NCBI GenBank assembly: GCA_949292905.1
Contig: CASFAV010000010.1
Location: 5,074 to 69,073 of the forward strand
Length of the DNA stretch: 64,000 nt
Direction of reading: 5' to 3'
From: an uncultured Eubacteriales bacterium
GTDB taxonomy: Bacteria; Bacillota; Clostridia; Christensenellales; DTU072
Shown here: piece after piece, positions 9,449 through 17,149 of the stretch
How the letters are laid out: each line of letters starts with the position of its first letter
Position numbering within the stretch: position 1 is the first letter of the stretch
Notes under the pieces: generated by a model
Databases searched by the model: none
Seen by the model: only the letters and a program-made list of their open reading frames with translations
What the model was told of the DNA's origin: nothing
Translations under genes and position numbers: made by a program

Positions 9449-9951
9449 ATTAAGGCGCGCCAAGAAAAAGGGAGTGCCTTGACGGTACTCCCGGCGCGCC
9501 TGTTCTTAAGGAACAGCGGCAGTTGCTTTTGTACGGATATATTCTTTTCGTCTTTGTATATTGTTTAGTTTTTGATATACTGTAGCAGTTTTCGCCGGGT
9601 TTCGCCCTATCGGGCGAAACTAACGCATCCCGCCGCAACGCATTTATTGCGTTGCGGCGGACAAGTGCTTATTAAGGCGCGCAAAAAAGGGAGCACCACG
9701 ACGGTGCTCCCTTTTGGCGCGCCTTAAGGAACAGCGGCAGTTGCTTTTGTACGGATATATTCTTTTCGTCTTTGTATATTTTTTGCTTTTTGATATGCTT
9801 CGGCGGTTTGCCGCCAGGTTTCGCCCTATCGGGCGAAACTAACGCATCCCCCCGCAACGCAATAAATGCGTTGCGGGGGACAAGTGCTTATTAAGGCGCG
9901 CAAAAAAGGGAGCACCACAACGGTGCTCCCTTTTGGCGCGCCTTAAGGAAC
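9449..9951. repeat. tandem ~220-bp repeat array (2 full units plus 1 partial) abutting tRNA-Arg
   Basis: Unit 1 spans 9449..9670, unit 2 spans 9671..9889, and partial unit 3 (9890..9951) runs into the tRNA. Each unit holds an 18-nt copy of the tRNA 3' end, which is degenerate in unit 1. Each also carries a terminator-like hairpin (gggagcacc/ggtgctccc), a 9-bp hairpin (gtttcgccc/gggcgaaac) and a 13-bp hairpin (ccgccgcaacgca/tgcgttgcggcgg). Confidence 0.9.
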
Positions 9952-10010
9952 TCGAATCCCTAACCTTTGGTTCCGTAGACCAACGCTCTATCCAATTGAG
10001 CTAAAGGCGC
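9934..10010 (-). tRNA. tRNA-Arg (anticodon ACG), CCA encoded
   Basis: The reverse complement is GCGCCTTTAGCTCAATTGGATAGAGCGTTGGTCTACGGAACCAAAGGTTAGGGATTCGAGTTCCTTAAGGCGCGCCA, which folds as a cloverleaf. It has a 7-bp acceptor stem, GCTC/GAGC D stem and TTGGT/ACCAA anticodon stem. The anticodon loop is CTACGGA, the T stem is AGGGA/TCCTT, and the T loop is TTCGAGT. Confidence 0.92.
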
Positions 10011-10108
10011 ATATTCGATGGCGCTCGCTTACCGAGCACAATCGATATTATAGCCGCTTATGCGGGCTTTGTCAAATATTTTCCTATCTTATTTTCAAAA
10101 CCTCTCGC

Positions 10109-11017
10109 TTACTTCGCGTAAAGCTCGTCGAGGAATTCGTAGACCGTCTTCATCGTCTCCTTGCTCGCCTTCGTCCAGTAATTGAAGTGGTAGCAATGGT
10201 TGTCGATGAGCTTCACAGAATGGGCTTCGCGCACGGGTACGCCCGCCGCTTTCAGTTTATCGAAAAGTATCTCGCCGTGTCCTTTGCAGAATACGTCCTT
10301 TTTCGCCATGGTGAGCACGGTAGGGCACCAATCGGAATTGACGAATACCGAAGGGCTCACCTCGTTGATATACTCGTAATCCCTGACGTTGGAAAAATCT
10401 TTCTTGAGCTTCATTCCGAGGAAGCTCTCCCCTATCGAACGCACCAGACCGAACGGGAGTTTAGCGCCCATCGCCGCCACGAGGTCGTACGGTCCGCAGA
10501 AGCATACCATTCCCGCGGGTTTCACGTTACATTCGGGCATTCCGAGTTTTGCGGAAAGCTCGGGATTGGTGATGACCGCTTCCGTTTCCGCCGCGGCGTA
10601 TGCGCCCGCGGAATCGCCCGTCGTCACCACTTTCGTGAGGTCGAGATCGTATTTCTCGGCAAGCTTCGGCAGGTAATTGAGCGCGTCGATGCAGTCCTCT
10701 ATCACGTCGGGGAAGGCGTATTTAGGGCTCAATCTGTAATTTATGTTCATTACGAACCATCCCCTGTCCGCGTAAAGATGCGATATGCTCTTACGGTGTT
10801 TCTTGTCGCCCTTGACGAAGCCGCCGCCGTGGATATTGACTATTACGGGCATCGGCTTTTTGGCGCCCTCTTTATAATAAACGTCGAATTTGCAATCTTC
10901 GTAACGGTCGTCGTAAGAAAAATTCTTCTCGCATATCACGCCCTTCCTGCTTATGTAGTTCTGCATCGGGTGGAATAGTACGTCTATCGCCGCGAAAATG
11001 AATTCTGCTCTGTTCAT
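10109..11017 (-). CDS. alpha/beta-hydrolase, esterase/lipase (HSL-like family)
   Basis: 302 aa. It has the oxyanion motif HGGGF and the nucleophile elbow GDSAG. Confidence 0.85.
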   Translation of the reverse strand: MNRAEFIFAAIDVLFHPMQNYISRKGVICEKNFSYDDRYEDCKFDVYYKEGAKKPMPVIVNIHGGGFVKGDKKHRKSISHLYADRGWFVMNINYRLSPKYAFPDVIEDCIDALNYLPKLAEKYDLDLTKVVTTGDSAGAYAAAETEAVITNPELSAKLGMPECNVKPAGMVCFCGPYDLVAAMGAKLPFGLVRSIGESFLGMKLKKDFSNVRDYEYINEVSPSVFVNSDWCPTVLTMAKKDVFCKGHGEILFDKLKAAGVPVREAHSVKLIDNHCYHFNYWTKASKETMKTVYEFLDELYAK

Positions 11018-11073
11018 TACGTTTCTCCTCCGTAAAAGTAATATATGCGCCGATAATTCTCGGGATAACGCGG

Positions 11074-11616
11074 TTATCTCTGGATCACGGTGATGAATTT
11101 TGCGAATTTCTCCATCGCGACCTGCGCGTGGGGAAGGGTAGCGTCGAAATAGAGGCTGTCGCCGCTACGGAGATAATATTCCTTCTCGCCCACTATGACG
11201 CGGAGCGAGCCCTCGAGCACGTAGTTGAATTCCTGTCCCGTGTGTTTGACAAGCTCCGGAGTGACTCCCTCTTCTATGGTCACTATCATGGGCTCAAGCT
11301 CGCGGTCGACGAAATCGGCGTTCAACGATATGAACGAATACCCCTCGTAACGCTGTATGCTGATGCCGTTGCCGCCGTAAACCGCGGTGGCGTCACGCTT
11401 GGTGGCGCCTTTGCCGAAAAGCACGAACGTGGGGTCGATCTCGAGCACCGTGGAAATATTATACAAAAGCCCTATCGGGATATCTTTTTCGCCCGATTCG
11501 TATTCCGCGTATTCTTCGGGGGTGATGCCCACTTTCTGAGCGAACTCCTCTATCGTGTAATCGGAGAATTCTCTGAGATCCTTTATTCTTGCCGAAACTT
11601 CTTTGATGTTATACAT
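11074..11616 (-). CDS. XRE-family HTH regulator with C-terminal cupin domain
   Basis: 180 aa. The N-terminal HTH is YTIEEFAQKVGITPEEYAEYESGEKDIPIGLLYNISTVLEID. The C-terminal cupin is GQEFNYVLEGSLRV...GDSLYFDATLPH. Confidence 0.85.
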   Translation of the reverse strand: MYNIKEVSARIKDLREFSDYTIEEFAQKVGITPEEYAEYESGEKDIPIGLLYNISTVLEIDPTFVLFGKGATKRDATAVYGGNGISIQRYEGYSFISLNADFVDRELEPMIVTIEEGVTPELVKHTGQEFNYVLEGSLRVIVGEKEYYLRSGDSLYFDATLPHAQVAMEKFAKFITVIQR

Positions 11617-11619
11617 ATT

Positions 11620-12177
11620 CTATCTCCCGTACGGAAATTGTTTGTTTCTGCGTCTTCCCTCTTTCATTTTGAACTTGGCGGGTTCTATTTTCTTTTTGAC
11701 GAACTCGCAGAATTCTATAAAAGTGCCGGTAGTCATATTGTCGTAGCGGATATAATACGCGAGCGCCGCGCCGCAATAGATATATACTCTGTCCTTGCGA
11801 AGCGCCACTCTTTCCACTCTGTCGTAGGAAAACTTTTCCGTATACGGCTTTTCGCCGTTCTCCTCGAGCGTTTCCACGGAGAATTCTTCTTCGTAAAAGG
11901 TGAATTTCCATTCGCGCGTGTTGCGTTTGACGAATTCCTCCCGGTAACCCTTACGCGCGAGCGCGATATACACGACGATAGCCGCCGCCATAAGAATGAC
12001 GGTAACGCCGCACAATACGAGGATAAGCCACTGGTTGAACGCGAAAAACAGCACCAGTCCTCCGATAAGCAGAAAGCCCACGAGGATATATTCCTTGACG
12101 CCTACGAACTTCTTGAGATAGTAGAGAGTGCAGGCGTTATAATCTTTCGCGTTGATGTCTACGGTAGCTTCGAACAT
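11620..12177 (-). CDS. YcxB-like two-TM membrane protein
   Basis: 185 aa. It has two adjacent TM helices followed by a soluble domain, and sits 3 nt upstream of the XRE-cupin gene. The family assignment comes from overall architecture only. Confidence 0.55.
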   Translation of the reverse strand: MFEATVDINAKDYNACTLYYLKKFVGVKEYILVGFLLIGGLVLFFAFNQWLILVLCGVTVILMAAAIVVYIALARKGYREEFVKRNTREWKFTFYEEEFSVETLEENGEKPYTEKFSYDRVERVALRKDRVYIYCGAALAYYIRYDNMTTGTFIEFCEFVKKKIEPAKFKMKEGRRRNKQFPYGR

Positions 12178-12188
12178 TTTTTCACCGA

Positions 12189-14159
12189 TCAGGAGAGCTT
12201 CAGAGTGGGATACACTCCGGCTTGCACGTTGAGGTTATTGAGATTCCAGTAATCGGTGCTGAAACCGAGGCTCGTCGTGTAGAAACTCGCGTTGTTGAGA
12301 TAGTTGTAACTTATTTCGTCCACGGAATTGTAGCCCGACGAAGTGTCGTATACCGCGCCGTTGCGGGTGACGGTAACGTCGGGCGCGACGTAAACTCTCA
12401 TGTAGTCGGCGCTCGAAGTAAGCGCCGTGCTGTGACCGACGAAGTTGTCGCCGTAAGCCACGTTATGCGTATAAGTCTCGTCGCCTACCGCGGCGTCGGA
12501 AGCGGAGCGGTGCGAAATGGCGTCGACGTCGCCGAAGCCCACGCAGTTACGGATATAAAGTTCGTATGCCTGACCTATGAAATTGCCCGCGAAAACGGCG
12601 TAGAAAACGTTTGCGGTATATTCGTTGCCTTCGTAATCCTTGAAAACGGTGGTGGAGGCGTTGGCTTCCACGGCGCCGTAAGCGAGGCAGTTCTCTATCA
12701 TGAAGAACGTCGTGGCGCTCGTGGCGTGCTCCGCGTCGTGGTCGTAAACGGTATCGTCGAAATCGGGTCTGCCGAGGTAAGGAAGATCGGAGACCGCCCT
12801 GCCCACGAGTCCGCCCGCGTATTCGGAAGCGAATACGTCGCCCGAGGCGTAGCAGTTCGAGATGGTGCCGCCTTCCGCGGTCTCGAAGTCGAAAATGTTG
12901 ACGCCGACGAGTCCGCCCGCGGTGCGCGCTTGCGCGTGACCGGTCGCGTAACAAGCGCTGATAGAACCCGCATTATAATTGTAAGCCACGAGACCGCCCG
13001 CGATAGCCGGATAAGAGAGCGAGCCCTCCACGTCTCCTATGGCGAAAGAGGCGCTCACCGTGCCGTTGTTGTAGCCGATGAGTCCGCCGGCGTATCTGCC
13101 GTAGACGGTAACCGCCGAATTGCAGTTGCTGAGCGAGCTCGGCTCGTGTATACTGACGTTCTCGCCTTCCTCGTCGTAGGAGCCCACGTACCCCGCAACT
13201 CCGCCGAAGTAAACGTTTTCTTCGTTGCTTTGGGAAGTGATCTTACCTTCGGTAGAGACCTTGGAGACGGTGCTGCCCTGCACGTAGCCCACGGCGCCGC
13301 CGCAATACAAACTCGTGGTCGGTTCCGCATAACTGCCGAGTAAGGAATCCCAAATGCCGCCTTCGTAGTCGATCTCTGGGTTATTGAATTCGCCTATCGC
13401 GACGCAATTGGACATGCTCGCGCGGCTCAACCAGCCGACAATGCCGCCTATGTAGAAGCGCGACTGGTCTCCGTCCAGCTCGATATAATAATCGACGAGC
13501 GTCACGTTACGGATGGTGCCGGTGACCTTGCCGAAAAGCCCTATCGGAAGATAATTGAATTCCTCGTCCGCTTCGAGACCTTTGATCGTCATACCGCTTA
13601 TGACGTAGCCGTTGCCGTCGAATGTGCCGGAGAATTCGTTACCCTCTTCGAAGCCTCCTATCGGCTCCCAGCTCTCTATCTGCGAAAGATCTATATCCGC
13701 GCCGAGCGCGTAATTTCCGGAAGGCTTCTGCGCTATGTCGGCGAGCTCTTCCGCGGTGGTTATCCTTATCGTGGTGTTGGCTATCCACTTGGCGTACAGC
13801 GTGGTGTTGCGCGTGAATTCGTATCCCGCGATGATCTTGCTTCCGGCGTAATCGGAAGTGAGATACCAGCCTTCGAATGTATAGCCGGGCTTGTTTTTTG
13901 CGTCAGGAGTGGGGATCTGAGACTGCAAAAGTATGCGCGTCTCTATCGCGGGGAAAGTTTCGGAGGTGCCCGTAACGAAGGAGATCACGTAGCTGACCTC
14001 GGCGGGAGGGTCGTCGTTTTGCGGCGCGTTCAGAAGCGCGGGCGTCACCTCGCTCTCGTCAGCGCTCGCGCCCCATGCGCCGCATCCCGTGAGCAGGACG
14101 CTTGCCGCAATTACCGCGACTAAAAGAATTAAGATGCTTTTACTTTTGAAACGGCGCAT
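12189..14159 (-). CDS. surface lipoprotein with a Listeria-Bacteroides repeat and GLUG-motif beta-helix region
   Basis: 656 aa with lipobox LTGC. One canonical repeat reads YVISFVTG...KPGYTFEGWYLTSDY...NTTLYAKW. It is followed by many GG(I/L/V)(V/A)G(Y/W) GLUG-type motifs (GGIVGW, GGAVGY, GGVAGY, GGLIGYN, GGLVAYN, GGLVGV, GGLVGR). Confidence 0.8.
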   Translation of the reverse strand: MRRFKSKSILILLVAVIAASVLLTGCGAWGASADESEVTPALLNAPQNDDPPAEVSYVISFVTGTSETFPAIETRILLQSQIPTPDAKNKPGYTFEGWYLTSDYAGSKIIAGYEFTRNTTLYAKWIANTTIRITTAEELADIAQKPSGNYALGADIDLSQIESWEPIGGFEEGNEFSGTFDGNGYVISGMTIKGLEADEEFNYLPIGLFGKVTGTIRNVTLVDYYIELDGDQSRFYIGGIVGWLSRASMSNCVAIGEFNNPEIDYEGGIWDSLLGSYAEPTTSLYCGGAVGYVQGSTVSKVSTEGKITSQSNEENVYFGGVAGYVGSYDEEGENVSIHEPSSLSNCNSAVTVYGRYAGGLIGYNNGTVSASFAIGDVEGSLSYPAIAGGLVAYNYNAGSISACYATGHAQARTAGGLVGVNIFDFETAEGGTISNCYASGDVFASEYAGGLVGRAVSDLPYLGRPDFDDTVYDHDAEHATSATTFFMIENCLAYGAVEANASTTVFKDYEGNEYTANVFYAVFAGNFIGQAYELYIRNCVGFGDVDAISHRSASDAAVGDETYTHNVAYGDNFVGHSTALTSSADYMRVYVAPDVTVTRNGAVYDTSSGYNSVDEISYNYLNNASFYTTSLGFSTDYWNLNNLNVQAGVYPTLKLS

Positions 14160-14195
14160 ACGCTCTCCCGAATATATATTTAATTATACGCGAAT

Positions 14196-14224
14196 AGTAT
14201 AGCACAACGGGTAAAGGCTTGCAA
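14196..14224 (-). promoter_or_regulatory. sigma-70-type promoter for the 12189..14159 operon
   Basis: The minus strand reads TTGCAA-17 nt-TATACT, about 35 nt upstream of the ATG at 14159. Confidence 0.55.
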
Positions 14225-14259
14225 TACTTTTTTTCGGCGATTTACTATTCATATACTTC

Positions 14260-15111
14260 CTATTCGCCGAGCGCGTCAAGGATATGTTCGGCGAATTTAC
14301 CCGCCACGTTGACGCCGCTCACGCTCTCTATACCCTCGAAATAGGCGTTGGAATTCACCTCGAGAAGCAATGGCTCGCCACGCTCGCCTTCGAGAAGATC
14401 CACGCCGCAGTAGTCGGCGCCCACGCGCGCGGCGGCGATCTCCGCCATACGGAAAAAGCTTGCGTCGGGCACGAATTTTTCCGCGGTGCCTCCCGCCGCG
14501 ATGTTGGAGAGGAACCCCGTAGTGTTACGCCTTCTCATAGACGCGACCGCCTTGCCGCCTATCACCGCTATACGCACGTCCGTACCCGCCGAAGAAGCGA
14601 CGAAGCGCTGATAATGATGCGGCACCGACGAAAATTCCGTCATCGCGGCTTCCAGCTCTTCCCTGCTTACGATAAGCCTCGTACCTATTCCCAAAGAGCC
14701 CACGTTCAATTTGAATATCATCGGCAATCCGAGCGTTTGTATAACCTTTTCCGCTTCTTCGGATACCCGTATACGCATTTTAGAAAGATCGCTGTAACAC
14801 AGCGGCGCATAGATCGTCTGCGGTACCGCCACGCCTTCTCCCTCCACGGCGAGGTAAGTTAAAGTTTTGTCCTCGCATATACGGATAGTTTCCGACGAGT
14901 TGAAAACGCGCATGCCTTTTTTCTCGAACTCCGCGGCGAGCCTGACGTCTTTGTCGAGGAATACGACAAAGTCCGCCGAAGGATATTCCGCGCAAAGCGC
15001 ATTGGGGAATACCTCCAATTCCGCGCCGAATCTTGAGAATTCTTCTTTGAGCCGCATTGCCTGTTGCGAGCCTATCCCGCTGTAACCGTTCACGATCGCT
15101 ATACCGTACAT
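14260..15111 (-). CDS. ATP-grasp ligase, RimK family
   Basis: ATP-grasp motifs are present (GLPMIFKLNVGSLGIGTRL, SNIAAGGTAEKF, GADYCGVDLL...LLLEVNSNAYFEG). I prefer the start at M12 (15111) because GAGGTG precedes it; the track ORF extends to 15144. Confidence 0.8.
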   Translation of the reverse strand: MYGIAIVNGYSGIGSQQAMRLKEEFSRFGAELEVFPNALCAEYPSADFVVFLDKDVRLAAEFEKKGMRVFNSSETIRICEDKTLTYLAVEGEGVAVPQTIYAPLCYSDLSKMRIRVSEEAEKVIQTLGLPMIFKLNVGSLGIGTRLIVSREELEAAMTEFSSVPHHYQRFVASSAGTDVRIAVIGGKAVASMRRRNTTGFLSNIAAGGTAEKFVPDASFFRMAEIAAARVGADYCGVDLLEGERGEPLLLEVNSNAYFEGIESVSGVNVAGKFAEHILDALGE

Positions 15112-15181
15112 TTCACACCTCGCGCTTATTTTAACACACTTCACGCGCTTTTACAAGCACGCGCCGCGCCGATTTTCCCTA

Positions 15182-15210
15182 TTGACGGCTAAATTTTTAT
15201 GGATTATAAT
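15182..15210 (+). promoter_or_regulatory. sigma-70-type promoter of the transketolase operon
   Basis: TTGACG-17 nt-TATAAT, about 70 nt upstream of the ATG at 15282. Confidence 0.65.
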
Positions 15211-15281
15211 GGAAAAAGCGGATTATCATACCCGTCCGCGTTTCATTAAAGGAAATTTATTCATAGGAGGGCAAATGCAAA

Positions 15282-16118
15282 ATGCCAAAAAACGTTTCTG
15301 TGCAGGAATTGAAGGGTAAGGCTAAAGAGTTGCGCTTGAATATCGTCAAGACAGCCAACTACGCCGGCAGCGGTCATCTCGGCGGCTCGCTCAGCTGCGC
15401 CGACATCCTCACCGCGCTCTATTTCAAATATCTGAACGTCGACAGCAAAGATCCCGACAAGTTCGACCGTGACAGATTCATTCTCAGTAAAGGTCACTGC
15501 GCTCTCGCGTACGTTCCCTGCCTTGCCATGGCGGGTTTCGTTCCCATGGAATCGCTCGAAACGTTCAACCATTACGAGTCCCCCTACGGAATGCACCCCG
15601 ACAGCAAGAAGGTACGCGGTTGCGACGCCTCCACCGGTTCGCTCGGACACGGACTGCCGATGGGCGTAGGCATGGCACTCGGTCTCCGTTATCAGAAAGT
15701 CAACGACGCCAAAGTTGTCGTTCTCATGGGCGACGGCGAGCAGAACGAAGGAAGCGTATGGGAAGCCGCGATGGCAGCGTCTCACTATAAACTCAAGAAC
15801 CTCATCGCCATCGTAGACCGCAACAAACTTATGATAGACGGTCCCACCGAAGAAGTCATGAGCATCGAGCCCATCGACAAGAAATACGAAGCTTTCGGCT
15901 TCAAAGTCATCGTCTGCAACGGCAACGACATGGAGTCTCTCGACAAAGCTCTCGCGGAAGCGTGGGCAAACGCCGAGGACAAGCCCGTGGCGATAATCGC
16001 TAAGACCGAGAAGGGATACGGCGTCAAACGCTTCCAGGGCAAAGTACCGTGGCACTACGGCGCGATGAACTCCGACCTCTTCAAAGAAGCGGTTGCGGAC
16101 ATAGAAGCAATGGATTAA
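15282..16118 (+). CDS. transketolase, N-terminal (TPP-binding) subunit
   Basis: 278 aa. It carries GSGHLGGSLSCADILTALYF and the GDGEQNEGSVWEA TPP motif, with the size typical of split transketolases. Confidence 0.9.
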   Translation: MPKNVSVQELKGKAKELRLNIVKTANYAGSGHLGGSLSCADILTALYFKYLNVDSKDPDKFDRDRFILSKGHCALAYVPCLAMAGFVPMESLETFNHYESPYGMHPDSKKVRGCDASTGSLGHGLPMGVGMALGLRYQKVNDAKVVVLMGDGEQNEGSVWEAAMAASHYKLKNLIAIVDRNKLMIDGPTEEVMSIEPIDKKYEAFGFKVIVCNGNDMESLDKALAEAWANAEDKPVAIIAKTEKGYGVKRFQGKVPWHYGAMNSDLFKEAVADIEAMD

Positions 16119-16131
16119 GGAGGTAACAGAA

Positions 16132-17139
16132 ATGGCAGAAGGCACTACTTGGACAACTTACGATGCCAATAAAATGGCGTCAAAAGAAATATACGGCAAA
16201 GTTCTCGCCGAGCTCGGTGAAAAGAACGACAAGATCGTAGGCGTCACCGCGGACCTTGCGAAATCCACGAACATAGGCAACTTCGGCGACAAATTCCCGG
16301 AGAGGATATTCAACGTGGGTATCGCGGAGCAAAACCTTTTCGGTGTGGCTGCGGGACTTGCGAAAACGGGACTTATCCCCTTCGCGTCCACGTTCGCGAT
16401 CTTCGCGTGTCTGCGCGGCGGCGAGCAGGTCCGCACGGATATAGCTTATCAGAACCTGCCCGTTAAGATCATCGCCACCCACGGCGGCTTGAGCTTCGGC
16501 ACGGCGGGCACCACCCACCACTGCACCGAAGACTACGCGATCATGAGAGCTATACCGAATATGACGGTCGTTATCCCCGCCGACGGCTTCGAAACAGCCA
16601 AAGCGGTACGCGCCTGCATAGACATTCCCGGACCATTCTATATGCGCGTCGGCAGAGGCTTCGAACCCCCGATGCACGACAACGAAGACTTCGAATTCAC
16701 CGTCGGTAAGGCGATAACCATACACGAAGGTTCCGATCTTACGATAATCACCTGCGGCACCCCCACCCTTCAGGCCCGCGAAGCGGCCAAAGACCTCGAA
16801 GCAGAAGGCATCAGCGTGCGCGTGTTGAACATGCACACCCTCAAGCCCATCGACAAGGACGCCATCATGCAGGCGGTCATGGATACTCGCAGGATCCTCA
16901 CTGTGGAGGAGCACAACGTTATAGGCGGACTGGGCGACGCGGTCGCGGCGGTCATAGCGGAATCGGGCAAAGGCTGCGCGTTCACCAAACTCGGCATCAA
17001 CGACGAATTCAGCGTGATCGGATATCCCGAAGATCTCTACGCGAGATACAAACTCGACGCCACCGGAATAGCGGAAACGGTTAAGGAGCTGCTTGGCAAG
17101 GAAATCGAAGCTGACGAAGACTGGACGGACGAAGATTAA
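16132..17139 (+). CDS. transketolase, C-terminal (pyrimidine-binding) subunit
   Basis: 335 aa. It carries FNVGIAEQNLFGVAAGLA and THHCTEDYAIMRAIPNMTVV, preceded by an AAGGAGG RBS. Confidence 0.9.
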   Translation: MAEGTTWTTYDANKMASKEIYGKVLAELGEKNDKIVGVTADLAKSTNIGNFGDKFPERIFNVGIAEQNLFGVAAGLAKTGLIPFASTFAIFACLRGGEQVRTDIAYQNLPVKIIATHGGLSFGTAGTTHHCTEDYAIMRAIPNMTVVIPADGFETAKAVRACIDIPGPFYMRVGRGFEPPMHDNEDFEFTVGKAITIHEGSDLTIITCGTPTLQAREAAKDLEAEGISVRVLNMHTLKPIDKDAIMQAVMDTRRILTVEEHNVIGGLGDAVAAVIAESGKGCAFTKLGINDEFSVIGYPEDLYARYKLDATGIAETVKELLGKEIEADEDWTDED

Positions 17140-17149
17140 GGAGGCAGAC

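Noticed and set aside
9450-9857. Two small minus-strand ORFs (62 aa and 61 aa) inside the tandem repeat units.
   Set aside because: The two copies share only the first ~15 residues and then diverge through indels, while the underlying DNA stays alignable. Conservation is therefore at the nucleotide/structure level rather than in the reading frame. No RBS is present.
9449-9951. The tandem repeat considered as a CRISPR array.
   Set aside because: The period is about 220 bp with no short repeat/unique spacer alternation. Nearly the whole unit is repeated, and there are no cas genes in the window.
9376-10108. A tRNA-adjacent integrated mobile element (genomic island or prophage remnant).
   Set aside because: A direct repeat of the tRNA 3' end is present, but it encloses only about 200 bp of non-coding sequence. 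No integrase, excisionase, transposase or cargo gene lies on either side.
15275-15319. A 14-codon upstream ORF (MQNAKKRFCAGIEG) overlapping the transketolase start, considered as a leader peptide.
   Set aside because: It is out of frame with the transketolase gene and overlaps it. It shares the same GGAGG with only 4-nt spacing, and has no attenuator-like structure or diagnostic codon run.
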